Shown in pieces: positions 17,726-27,881 of a stretch of DNA of 32,000 bases. This DNA is from a bacterium (GTDB taxonomy: Bacteria; Cyanobacteriota; Sericytochromatia; S15B-MN24; VGJW01), in NCBI GenBank assembly GCA_021781555.1, contig JAJXWQ010000012.1, forward strand, positions 27,956-59,955. Reading direction: 5' to 3'. How positions within the stretch are numbered: the stretch's first letter is position 1; each line of letters starts with the position of its first letter. The notes under the pieces are model-generated. The model saw only the letters and a list, made by a program, of their open reading frames with translations, was not told where the DNA came from and did not search any database. The translations under genes were made by a program, and so were the position numbers.

Positions 17726-18664
17726 TCAGGCGGGCGGAGCCCATGACCCGATCGCGTGGTGAACCGTGCTGGAAATCCCCTCGGCAAAGGGAACCCGCGC
17801 CTGCCAGCCCAGACGTTCCCGGGCGGCGTCCACCCGGGCGTGCGAGTGCCGGATGTCGCCGGGCCGGGCCGAGTCGAAACGCACCGCAGCGGCATCCCTC
17901 CCCACGGCGGCCAGGATGGCGGCGTGGGCTTCGCGGATGGAAATCGGTCGCCCGGTGCCGACATTGAAAACCTCGCCCGCAAAGGGCCCCGGGACCGTCA
18001 GGGCTGCCAGATTGGCGCGAGCGACGTCGGCGACGAAGACGAAATCGCGGGTCTGCTCGCCATCGCCGAAGATCACGGTGGGCTCGCCGCGTGCCAGGGC
18101 AGCGGCAAAGCGCGACAGTACCCCGGAGTAGGGCGAACGTGGATCCTGCCTCGGGCCATAGACGTTGAAGTAGCGCAGCGAAATGACCTCGAGCCCATGG
18201 TGAAGGCCATGGAGCCGACCGTATTCCTCGGCCATGCGCTTTTGCAGGCCGTAGGGCGATAGCGGGACCAGCGGGGCAAACTCGGCGATAGGGGGCGCGG
18301 ACTCGCCGTAGACGGCCGCCGAGCTGGCCTGCACCACCCGCCGGACACCTGCCCGGCGCGCTGCGTCAAGGACCTGGAGGCTGCCGGTGGCATTGACCGC
18401 GTGGCAGTCGAGGGGGCGCTCGAGCGACAGGGGCACCGACACGATCGCCGCCAGGTGCAGCACGGCCTCGCAGCCGACGATGGCCGTCGCGAGCGCCTCG
18501 GCATCGAGGATGCTGGCCTGGACCCGGCGCACCCCCGGGGGCAGGTTGCGAGCGTGCCCGCTCGAGAGGTCGTCGATGACCATGGGCTCGTGCCCCGCAG
18601 CAAGCAGGGCCTCGACCGAATGGCTCCCGATGAACCCGGCGCCGCCGGTGACCAGAACACGCAT
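17726..18664 (-). CDS. NAD-dependent epimerase/dehydratase (UDP-glucose 4-epimerase-like SDR)
   Basis: MRVLVTGGAGFIGSH is the Rossmann motif. The extended-SDR catalytic YxxxK is in SPYGLQKRMAEEY. The length is 312 aa. Confidence 0.9.
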   Translation of the reverse strand: MRVLVTGGAGFIGSHSVEALLAAGHEPMVIDDLSSGHARNLPPGVRRVQASILDAEALATAIVGCEAVLHLAAIVSVPLSLERPLDCHAVNATGSLQVLDAARRAGVRRVVQASSAAVYGESAPPIAEFAPLVPLSPYGLQKRMAEEYGRLHGLHHGLEVISLRYFNVYGPRQDPRSPYSGVLSRFAAALARGEPTVIFGDGEQTRDFVFVADVARANLAALTVPGPFAGEVFNVGTGRPISIREAHAAILAAVGRDAAAVRFDSARPGDIRHSHARVDAARERLGWQARVPFAEGISSTVHHAIGSWAPPA

Positions 18665-18715
18665 GATGCCGCCATTCTACGGCATCGCGGGAGACGCGAG
18701 GTGGGGGCGTGGTTC

Positions 18716-19036
18716 CTAGGCTGAGGCCTGGAACAGCGGCATGGTAAGAAGCTCCAAGCGCGTGCCAGCGCCGAACACGCCCTCGACCGCGTCGGCGATT
18801 GCAGACTCGGCCCGGCACAAGGCACCCGCGTGCTCGGGGCGGCACTCGATCGCGACCGCCGAAGTCGATCGGGAGATGCGCGAGACCATGAGGATCCCGG
18901 CAACGCGATTGGAGGTGCGGCGGCCGACTGCGGCCAACAGGCGAAATGCCTCGGTACGGGCAAGGCGGCAGCTCGAGCGCCGGTCCCAGAGCACTTCCTC
19001 GGGTACGGCCATGCGATCTGACAAGGTTTTCGTCAT
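18716..19036 (-). CDS. Hypothetical 106-aa protein (weak LuxR-like helix-turn-helix pattern)
   Basis: GC-rich third positions mark the coding frame, and GGAGGA precedes the ATG. LARTEAFRLLAAVGRRTSNRVAGILMVSRISRST loosely follows the LuxR-type HTH pattern. I am not confident in this. Confidence 0.45.
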   Translation of the reverse strand: MTKTLSDRMAVPEEVLWDRRSSCRLARTEAFRLLAAVGRRTSNRVAGILMVSRISRSTSAVAIECRPEHAGALCRAESAIADAVEGVFGAGTRLELLTMPLFQASA

Positions 19037-19104
19037 CGATCCATCCTCCGCATCATCGAATACTCCACGGCAGACTTCCGCTCTGCGCCGAGCGCGCCCC
19101 GCCG

Positions 19105-19404
19105 CTAGGCCGAGGCAGCCTCGACGGGAGCCAGCACGAAGCAGCGCGAGCGCTCCGAACCGCGATAGGCCAGCATCTCAGGGGATAGCGCGAGGCCCCG
19201 GCGCCCGATCAGCCGATGCACATCGACGGCCACGTCCACGGCCTCCCGCTCGCCGACCGCGCCGCGGCGCTGGACCTCGAGGATGTATCCACCCGCCAGC
19301 GCGGGCCCGATCGTTACCTGCAGACCGTCCTGGACGACATGGAATACCCCGTCCATCGCGCCAAGGGCCTTGTCCACCAGGGCTTGGAGCAGCGTCTCCG
19401 ACAT
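19105..19404 (-). CDS. Hypothetical 99-aa protein
   Basis: I trimmed the start to the ATG at 19404 (MSETLLQALV...), which is preceded by AAGGAGG. Third positions are strongly GC-biased. I recognised no family. Confidence 0.55.
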   Translation of the reverse strand: MSETLLQALVDKALGAMDGVFHVVQDGLQVTIGPALAGGYILEVQRRGAVGEREAVDVAVDVHRLIGRRGLALSPEMLAYRGSERSRCFVLAPVEAASA

Positions 19405-19423
19405 CCCGACCTCCTTTTCGATC

Positions 19424-19439
19424 ATTCTTTCGATAGAAT
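19424..19439. promoter_or_regulatory. AT-rich 16-nt palindrome (possible operator) in the leader/promoter region of the small-protein genes
   Basis: ATTCTTTCGATAGAAT is a near-perfect palindrome (ATTCT arms perfectly complementary; the central 6 nt TTCGAT are not self-complementary). On the minus strand a candidate promoter, TTGACG-N18-TATTCT, overlaps it. Flanking TTCGAT/ATCGAA motifs are repeated. Confidence 0.3.
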
Positions 19440-19564
19440 AGGCGATCGAACACCCGTTCGTCAACCAGGAAAGGCCCGATCGCTAGAAACTTTTTTCTAT
19501 GCGGGCGCTGCGCCGTCTCGGACCGCAAAAAGACGCAGAGGCGCGGGGAGCGATGCCAGGAGCC

Positions 19565-20248
19565 TCAGGCGTCTTTGCGGTCAGCCCGCTCGAGGAGCCA
19601 CAGGGGCAGGGGTTTGATGGCACCGGCGCCGTTGAGCCGGCGGACCTGGCGATCGAAGGGCTCGAAGTTGGGCAGCGGCGCGTGCTCCAGACCCTGCTCG
19701 GTGAGCGAGTCGAGGAAGGCGCGGCCCAGGTCCTTGCAGATCATCAAGGTGTCCTTGTCCCGGACCTTGACCGCGAAATAGCCATAAGCCCGGCAGATGA
19801 GCGGCCGAGCTCCGTAGATCGTGCACCGGTCGCCGATCAGCGCCGGGCAAACCGGCGGAAGACCCTCGAGGTGCGGGTTGATCGCCGAAAGCGAAGGCTC
19901 GCCCTGCCAGCTCCGTGCGACCTGGCCCAGCTGCTCGCGATAGGGCCCATAGGTCGCCTGGTTGCGCTCCAGCAGGTCCGCCGTCCAGGCCGCATCTTGC
20001 TCGTCGAGAAAAGCCGAGATCGCGCTCCACTCGAGTTCGGTCACGCGAAAGATGGAGTACTCCCGGCAGCAGAGGCTGCAGCCATCCCGGCAAGGCTGAC
20101 TCTCGTAGGCGCGATCCAGGGCAAACGCCAGGTAATCGATCAGGTAGTAAAGGTCGCTCCAGTCTTCCGTGCCCCCCACGCTGCGCGTGCGCGGCAGCTT
20201 GCGCCCGCAATCACGCAGGGTGGCCGAAAGAAGAGGTAGATCGAGCAT
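19565..20248 (-). CDS. YkgJ/UPF0153-type cysteine-cluster (Zn/Fe-S) protein
   Basis: The N-terminal Cys cluster is PCRDGCSLCC. The second cluster, VCPALIGDRCTIYGARPLICRAYG, is typical of the YkgJ family. I chose the ATG at 20248. The track's GTG at 20284 is an alternative. Confidence 0.7.
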   Translation of the reverse strand: MLDLPLLSATLRDCGRKLPRTRSVGGTEDWSDLYYLIDYLAFALDRAYESQPCRDGCSLCCREYSIFRVTELEWSAISAFLDEQDAAWTADLLERNQATYGPYREQLGQVARSWQGEPSLSAINPHLEGLPPVCPALIGDRCTIYGARPLICRAYGYFAVKVRDKDTLMICKDLGRAFLDSLTEQGLEHAPLPNFEPFDRQVRRLNGAGAIKPLPLWLLERADRKDA

Positions 20249-20297
20249 GACTTCACTGTAGGAGCCGGTCCGGAGCCTGTCCACCGGCTACGCCACC

Positions 20298-20323
20298 AGG
20301 GCCCGGTTGCGCAGCGCAGCGCC
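20298..20323 (+). repeat. Partial copy (5' half only) of the dispersed repeat family (copy b)
   Basis: AGGGCCCGGTTGCGCAGCGCAGCGCC matches the 5' half plus centre of the tandem copies at 31.9 kb. The 3' half is not present. Confidence 0.6.
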
Positions 20324-20376
20324 ACGGCAAGGCTGCTCACGGGCGCCGCCCCCGGCCCTCGCCCGGCCGGCCCGGC

Positions 20377-20405
20377 TTGACCGCACCCGGCGCCGGCCCT
20401 ACGCT
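20377..20405 (+). promoter_or_regulatory. Candidate sigma-70 promoter for the STAND gene, implying a near-leaderless mRNA
   Basis: The sequence is TTGACC (20377-82), N17, TACGCT (20400-05). The ATG at 20413 lies only 7 nt after the -10 box and has no Shine-Dalgarno sequence. Confidence 0.3.
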
Positions 20406-20412
20406 AGCTTCC

Positions 20413-22641
20413 ATGGGCATCTTCATCGGGCGAACGGGCGCCCTGGAGACCTTGCTCTCCGACCTCCTCGGCCCGACGAGCCGGACGATCGCCAGCATCC
20501 ACGGCATGGGCGGCGTCGGCAAGACGACGCTGAAGGCCGAGGTCCTGATGCGCCTGGAATCCGCGGGCGCCCGCGTGCCTTACTTCCACGTCGACGAGAA
20601 TGCTGCGCGGGGCGACCTGGCCGATTTCATCTGCACTTTGGCCGACAGCCTCCATCAGGCCTGGGAGGGACCGGCTGCCGAGTTCGGCCGCCTGCGCCGG
20701 CACCGCAACCGGCTTCGCGACCTCAAGGGGCGGTTCGCCGACTCGCCCGGCACCGTGATCCTGGAGCGAGGCCTGCAAGCAGCCCTGGCCGGTCTGGCCC
20801 GCCGGGTCTCGCCGGGGGTCACCTTCCACGCCGACCCGCAGCCCCTCGCCTCCGTCTGGAGTCGCTCGGACCAGTCGGATTTCGAGACCGCCGTCTCGTC
20901 CTGGACCCGCGATCGCGAGGATCGCGAGCTCCTGCTCGATCCCCTGGCCGTCCTCACGCGCGACTTCCTCGACGACCTGGCCGATGACCTCGTCCCCCCG
21001 GCCCCCGGGCTGGGCGGTCTGCTGGGCGGCCGGCGCCAGGTGCCGACGAACCCGATCCGGGCGCTCCTCGTGATCGACTCCTACGAGGCCCTCGATCAAG
21101 GGGTCCAGGAATGGCTCCTGGTCCACCTCCTGCCGACCTTCGAACGCCACCGCTTCGAGGGCGAGCCCCTGGACCGGGTGCTGGACCTCCGGCTGCTCCT
21201 GTGCGGTCGCCCGGCCTTGCGGGACGCCGATCCCCTGCGCCGCTGGGACGTGCTGGCCGACAAGATCCGCGAGATCGACCTGGACCGCTTCGACGAGCCC
21301 GAGATCGCCGCTTACCTCGAGGCCCGCGGCCTGCCCGCCCACCGGGCGCCGGAAGCGCAGCAACAGACGCAGGGCCTGCCCTACCTGCTGGCCCTGTGGT
21401 GCGACTCGGAGGGACGCGATCCGGCGCTGGCGGTCGAGCGCGCCGCACGCCGGATCTACTGGTGGAAGACCCCCGAGCAGATCCGCTGGCTGAAGACCGC
21501 GGCCTTTCTCGACGCGGTCGATCGCGACGCCCTGGCGATCGCCCTGGCCGACGGCAGCGAGGAGCCAGCCTACGCCTGGCTGGCCGCCAACAGCGAGCTC
21601 TGCGTGAGCGACGGGCAGACCCTCGCCATCCACCCCGTCATCGCGAGCCTGGTTCGCGAGGCGCTCGCCCGGGAGTCCGCGGCGGAAGCTGCCGAGCTGA
21701 CGAGCCGCTCGGGGCTGGCAAACCGGATCGCCGCGCTGCGCAGGCGCGCCCCCGGAGCCGTTGCGGGTACGTTCCCGGACGGCTTGAACCTGCCGTTCGG
21801 CACCCTTGTCGAGCTCGCGCCGCTGCGCTGGTTCGACGCGGAGATCCTGCGGGAGCTCGGCCTGGTCGAAGCCGGCCATCGGGTTGCCACCCTGGCGCCC
21901 GCAGCCGCGGAGGATCCGCTGCCCGAGCCCTACCCGGGAACCATTCTCCGACCCGGCCCGCACCCAGGCTCCCTGGCCCTGGCCGAGCCGCTGCGCCAGG
22001 ATCTCGTCGCCTACCTCGAGCTGGTGCGACCGCAGCATGGCCGCGAGGCGATCGCCCGGATCGCCGAGCTCGATCGCAGGCGCCGCCAGGACCGCGAAGC
22101 CGCACGCCGCGAATCCGAGACCGCCGCGCAGAGCCTGGCACGCGACGCCGCCGTCGCCCGCAAGCGGGCCCTATCCCTCGATGCCCGGATGCTGGCGCTC
22201 GAGGCCCAGGAGCAGGCGGTCGGCGAAGCACGCCAGCGCGCCGAGGCCGCGGCCGAGCAACTCGCCAGGCTGCCGGCCCGCACCTCGTGGTGGGGCGCGG
22301 TGGCCGCGGCAGCCTTCGCCATGGTGACAAGCCTGGCCGCCCGGCCGCTCCTGCCCGCCGCGGCCCGCCCCTGGGACAGTCTCCTGGCCACGCTGCTGGC
22401 AACCGCAGGCTTCCTGCTGGCGATCCGCGCCCTGGCCCTGCCTCGCGCCGCCCGGCCCGCCGATCACGCCGCCCTGCGCCACGATCTCGATGCCGCCGCC
22501 ACCCGCCTGGCCGAGCTCCGGGCCGACCTCTCGCAGACCCTGATCGAGGCCAGCGAAGCCGCCCGCGAGGCCGACGCCCTCGAGGCCCGGGCCGCCACGT
22601 CCGAGTTCGAGGCCGGGCAGCCCTTCTTCGCGCTGCTCTGA
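20413..22641 (+). CDS. NB-ARC/STAND-like P-loop NTPase with a C-terminal coiled-coil / putative TM hairpin / coiled-coil module
   Basis: The Walker A motif GMGGVGKTTL (about 20503) is the classic NB-ARC form. Walker B is ALLVIDSYE (about 21064). A GLPYLLALW motif (about 21373) resembles NB-ARC GLPLAL. Downstream there is a winged-helix-like region, then Ala/Arg/Glu-rich heptad-like stretches that flank two hydrophobic segments: WWGAVAAAAFAMVTSLAA (about 22286-22350) and LLATLLATAGFLLAI (about 22372-22440). Confidence 0.8.
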   Translation: MGIFIGRTGALETLLSDLLGPTSRTIASIHGMGGVGKTTLKAEVLMRLESAGARVPYFHVDENAARGDLADFICTLADSLHQAWEGPAAEFGRLRRHRNRLRDLKGRFADSPGTVILERGLQAALAGLARRVSPGVTFHADPQPLASVWSRSDQSDFETAVSSWTRDREDRELLLDPLAVLTRDFLDDLADDLVPPAPGLGGLLGGRRQVPTNPIRALLVIDSYEALDQGVQEWLLVHLLPTFERHRFEGEPLDRVLDLRLLLCGRPALRDADPLRRWDVLADKIREIDLDRFDEPEIAAYLEARGLPAHRAPEAQQQTQGLPYLLALWCDSEGRDPALAVERAARRIYWWKTPEQIRWLKTAAFLDAVDRDALAIALADGSEEPAYAWLAANSELCVSDGQTLAIHPVIASLVREALARESAAEAAELTSRSGLANRIAALRRRAPGAVAGTFPDGLNLPFGTLVELAPLRWFDAEILRELGLVEAGHRVATLAPAAAEDPLPEPYPGTILRPGPHPGSLALAEPLRQDLVAYLELVRPQHGREAIARIAELDRRRRQDREAARRESETAAQSLARDAAVARKRALSLDARMLALEAQEQAVGEARQRAEAAAEQLARLPARTSWWGAVAAAAFAMVTSLAARPLLPAAARPWDSLLATLLATAGFLLAIRALALPRAARPADHAALRHDLDAAATRLAELRADLSQTLIEASEAAREADALEARAATSEFEAGQPFFALL

Positions 22642-22680
22642 CCGGCCCCCCCGGCAGGTCGCGAACGGGCCTGGCCTAGA

Positions 22681-22748
22681 TCGTTTTCAGCTTGAAATGG
22701 TCCCTCTGCGCGGTCGCTTCGCTGCGCAACCGGTCCCATTTTGACCCC
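22681..22748 (-). repeat. Full short copy of the dispersed repeat family (copy c) between convergent genes
   Basis: The minus strand reads GTCAAAatGGGACCGGTTGCGCAGCGaAGCGACCGCGCAGAGGGACCatTTCAAgCTGAaAAcGA. The 33-nt core differs at one position from the tandem copies. Confidence 0.8.
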
Positions 22749-22778
22749 TTTGCCATATCAACTCAACCGAAAATCGCT

Positions 22779-23915
22779 CTACCCTTGCCGGAAGACGCCC
22801 TTGAGGAAGCCCTTGAGCCCGTGTCCACCGCCGTGCTTGCGGTGCAGGTCGTCGAACTGCCGCAGGAGATCCTTCTCTTCCTCGGACAGCTCCGTGGGCA
22901 CCACGATCCGGGCGACCACGTGGAGATCGCCCTTGCGACCGCGGGGATCCGCCAGCACCGGGAAGCCAAAGCCCTTCATCACGAACTCGGTTCCCGACTG
23001 CGTGCCCGCGGGGATCTTGAGGGGGTGGGGGCCTTCCATCGTCGGGATCTCGACCTCGTCGCCGAGGGCGAGCTGCGCGAAGGACAGCGGGGCCTCCGTC
23101 AGGAGCTCGGTCTCATGCCGCTCGAAGCGCTCGTCCGGACGCACCGCGAGGAACAGGTACAGGTCGCCCGCCGCTCCGCCTCGCGGCCCGACATCGCCCT
23201 CGCCCGAGACCTTGAGGCGCACGCCGTCATCGATCCCCGCCGGGACATGGACGCTGATCTTCTTGGGCTTGCGCGCCCTGCCGGCCCCGCGGCAATCACC
23301 GCAGGGATTGTCGATCGACCGGCCCTCGCCGTTGCACTTGGGACATACCGACACGTGGGAGAACTGGCCGAACAGGGTCCGCTGGACCTGCGAGATCTGG
23401 CCGCCCCCCTTGCACAGCGAGCACGTGGAGACGCTGGTGCCGGCCTTGGCTCCCGTCCCGCCGCAGGTCGAGCAGGCCTCCATGTGGCGGATCTCGACGG
23501 TCTTGTCGACACCGCCGTAGGCCTCCTCGAAGCTGACCTCGAGGTCGAGCTTGAGGTCCGAGCCACGCTCGGGCCCCCGGCGACGCTGGCGCTGACCGCC
23601 AGCCCCGCCGAAGAAGGCCTCGAAGATGTCGGAAAAACCGCCGAACCCCGAGAAGGGGTCGCCCTCGGCCCCAGACGCGCCCGCCCCGACGCCGGCATGC
23701 CCGAAACGGTCGTAGCGCTCGCGCTTTTCCGGATCCCGCAGGACCTCGTAGGCCTCGTTGATCTCCTTGAAGCGCGGCTCGGCCTCGGCCGATTTGTTGA
23801 CGTCCGGGTGGTATTGCCGGGCGAGCTTCCGGAAGGCCTTGCGAAGGTCGTCTTCGGAAGCCTCCCGGTTCACACCCAGGACGTCGTAGAAATCGCGTTT
23901 TTCCACCGTGGCCAT
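22779..23915 (-). CDS. dnaJ: Molecular chaperone DnaJ
   Basis: The J domain is DFYDVLGV...YHPDVNK. A G/F-rich region follows. There are four CxxCxGxG zinc-finger repeats ([32 protein letters not shown]). Confidence 0.96.
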   Translation of the reverse strand: MATVEKRDFYDVLGVNREASEDDLRKAFRKLARQYHPDVNKSAEAEPRFKEINEAYEVLRDPEKRERYDRFGHAGVGAGASGAEGDPFSGFGGFSDIFEAFFGGAGGQRQRRRGPERGSDLKLDLEVSFEEAYGGVDKTVEIRHMEACSTCGGTGAKAGTSVSTCSLCKGGGQISQVQRTLFGQFSHVSVCPKCNGEGRSIDNPCGDCRGAGRARKPKKISVHVPAGIDDGVRLKVSGEGDVGPRGGAAGDLYLFLAVRPDERFERHETELLTEAPLSFAQLALGDEVEIPTMEGPHPLKIPAGTQSGTEFVMKGFGFPVLADPRGRKGDLHVVARIVVPTELSEEEKDLLRQFDDLHRKHGGGHGLKGFLKGVFRQG

Positions 23916-23959
23916 GTCCGACCTGTGCTAGTCCAGGACCCTGTACGAAGGTGCCATGC

Positions 23960-25850
<1,891 letters not shown>

Positions 25851-25858
<8 letters not shown>

Positions 25859-26498
25859 GCGATTCCTCCTTCGATGCGGAAGTGCCGTCTGTCGTAGCTT
25901 GTGGTGGGGCGCTCGGGTTGTCGGCGACCTGCACCATGGCATGCCGCAAGACCCGGCCGTTCAGGAAGTAGCCCTTCTGGGCGATCGCCAGCACCGTGTG
26001 ATCCGGATGCTCGTCCGTCGTGATAGAGGCGATCGCCTCGTGCAAGTTCGGATCGAACGGCTGGCCGACCGACTCCATCGGCGCCACCCCGTGGCGAGCC
26101 AGGAACTCGCCGATCTGCTTGTAGATGAGCTCGACGCCCTGGACGATGCTTGCGGGCTCGCCGGCCTGAGCGTGCGCCAAGGCGCGCTCGAGATTGTCGA
26201 CGATCCCCAGGAAGCTCTCCAGCACGCGACCGGCGGCGAAGCCGACGAGCTCTTCCTTCTCGGCGGCCGCCCGCCGCCGAAAATTATCAAAATCCGCGGC
26301 CAGCCGGTGAAGCTGCCGATCGCGATCGACCAGCCGAGCCTCGAGCTCGGAAAACCGCTGCGCGGCGGGCTCGGTGGAACCTCCGCCAGATTCTCTTTCA
26401 GGAGCCGCCGGCTCGGCCGCCGCCGCAGGGCCCGCGGCTGGCTCCGGGAGGTCTTGCGGCTCCACGGGCTCGTCTCGAGTCAATTCTTCCTCGTTCAA
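25851..26498 (-). CDS. grpE: Nucleotide exchange factor GrpE
   Basis: [21 protein letters not shown]...IVDNLERAL...VLRHAMV is typical of GrpE. The start is TTG. The 3' end overlaps the dnaK start by 8 nt. Confidence 0.9.
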
Positions 26499-26607
26499 GG
26501 CTACATCCTCACGATCCAGGCCGTGCCCGCCAGGCCAGACCAGGCCGCGAACCGGTCTCCCCGACCATGCCGGGGTCGTTGCTCCATGCGCAAAGGCATC
26601 CTCATCA

Positions 26608-27660
26608 TCACAAAGAAAAACGCTCGGTCAAAATACTCGAGAGCCGCTGGGAGACCGAGCGGACCACAGAAACCGCGCCCGAATAATCCAGCCGCGTGGG
26701 GCCCAGAACGGCGATCTCGCCGAGGGTCTGACCGCGCAAGCCGTACGTCGCCGACACCAGAGAGCATTCGGCCAGGTCGACGAGCGCATTCTCCGAGCCG
26801 ATGCGAACCTGGACCGTACCAGGTTCACTGGTTTCGTCAACCGTGGAGTCCATGAGCTTGACCACCGCGCCCCCGCTCTCGAGAAATGCCAGCAGGTGGC
26901 CAACCTTGGAGCTCTCCTGGAACTCGGGCTGGCGAGCCAGGTGCGAAGTGTGGGCCACGATCACCTCGTCCTGGGAGTGCAGGGCGTCGATGAGGCGATC
27001 CCCCAGATCCGCCAGGCAGGCCTGGTAGCGCTCCATCCGGGCGCTGATCGCGCGCAAGACCTTGTAGGTGAGCGAGTCGAGGGGGCGATCGCGGAGCTGC
27101 GCGTTGAGGAAGGAAGACAAAAGCTGCAGCTCGGAATCGGCGATCGGAGCGGAGAGCGGCACCAGCCGGTTGGTCACGGCCCCGGTGGATGTGACCAGCA
27201 CGAGCAGGGCCTCGCGGTCCGAGACCCGGACCAGCGACAGCGTCCGGATGCGGCTGCCCCGCGGACGCGGCACGCGCACCAGAGCCGTGCAGCCGGCCAG
27301 CACCGCGGTCAGCCGGGCGGTCTGGTGCAGGAGTTCCTGGAGACCCTCGACCTGGTAGGCCATGTGATCGACCTGGTCCTGCTTGTCCTGGGGCAGCAGG
27401 GGCGGATCCATCAGGTCGTTGACGAAGACGCGATAACCGCGATCCGACGGCACGCGCCCCGCCGAGGTATGCGGCTGGCGCAGCAGGCCATCCTCCTCGA
27501 GATCCGAGAGCTCGTTGCGGATCGTGGCGGCCGAAAGCCCGAGCTCGTACTTGCGCGACAGCGTCCGCGACCCGACCGGCTCGGCGGTCAGGACGTAGTC
27601 GTGCACGACGGCGCGGAGAATGTCGCGCTTGCGGGGGGTAAGAGAAGGACCGGCCATCAT
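26608..27660 (-). CDS. hrcA: Heat-inducible transcription repressor HrcA
   Basis: I trimmed the start to the ATG-ATG at 27660. The winged-helix N-terminus is LTPRKRDILRAVVHDYVLTAEPVGSRTLSRKY...SAATIRNELSDLEEDGLLRQPHTSAGRVPS. A CIRCE element lies 39 nt upstream. Confidence 0.92.
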   Translation of the reverse strand: MMAGPSLTPRKRDILRAVVHDYVLTAEPVGSRTLSRKYELGLSAATIRNELSDLEEDGLLRQPHTSAGRVPSDRGYRVFVNDLMDPPLLPQDKQDQVDHMAYQVEGLQELLHQTARLTAVLAGCTALVRVPRPRGSRIRTLSLVRVSDREALLVLVTSTGAVTNRLVPLSAPIADSELQLLSSFLNAQLRDRPLDSLTYKVLRAISARMERYQACLADLGDRLIDALHSQDEVIVAHTSHLARQPEFQESSKVGHLLAFLESGGAVVKLMDSTVDETSEPGTVQVRIGSENALVDLAECSLVSATYGLRGQTLGEIAVLGPTRLDYSGAVSVVRSVSQRLSSILTERFSL

Positions 27661-27698
27661 CAAAAAGGGCCCATGCCCGCATCCATGAATCGGGATTG

Positions 27699-27725
27699 TT
27701 AGCACTCCCGACCGGAGAGTGCTAA
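27699..27725. promoter_or_regulatory. CIRCE operator (HrcA binding site)
   Basis: TTAGCACTC-N9-GAGTGCTAA is a perfect match to the consensus inverted repeat. It sits in the hrcA leader. Confidence 0.92.
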
Positions 27726-27881
27726 GGTCTTTGTAGCACGCCAGCCGGGACCTTGTCAAAGCCGGCCGACCCGCGAGAGACCTCCCCCGAAGGGGCATGA
27801 ATCAGTCATCATGAGAGCGATCGCGCAGCTCGCTGCCGGAGCCGAGACGCCCGGCGGCAGGTCTGGCACCACGGAGGATTC

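Noticed and set aside
20404-22038. A 544-aa minus-strand ORF and several other long alternative-frame ORFs (21111..22679 +, 21638..22402 -) inside the STAND gene
   Set aside because: Only the 20413..22641 frame carries Walker A, Walker B and GLP motifs and normal amino-acid composition. The others are Arg/Pro/Gly-rich GC artefacts.
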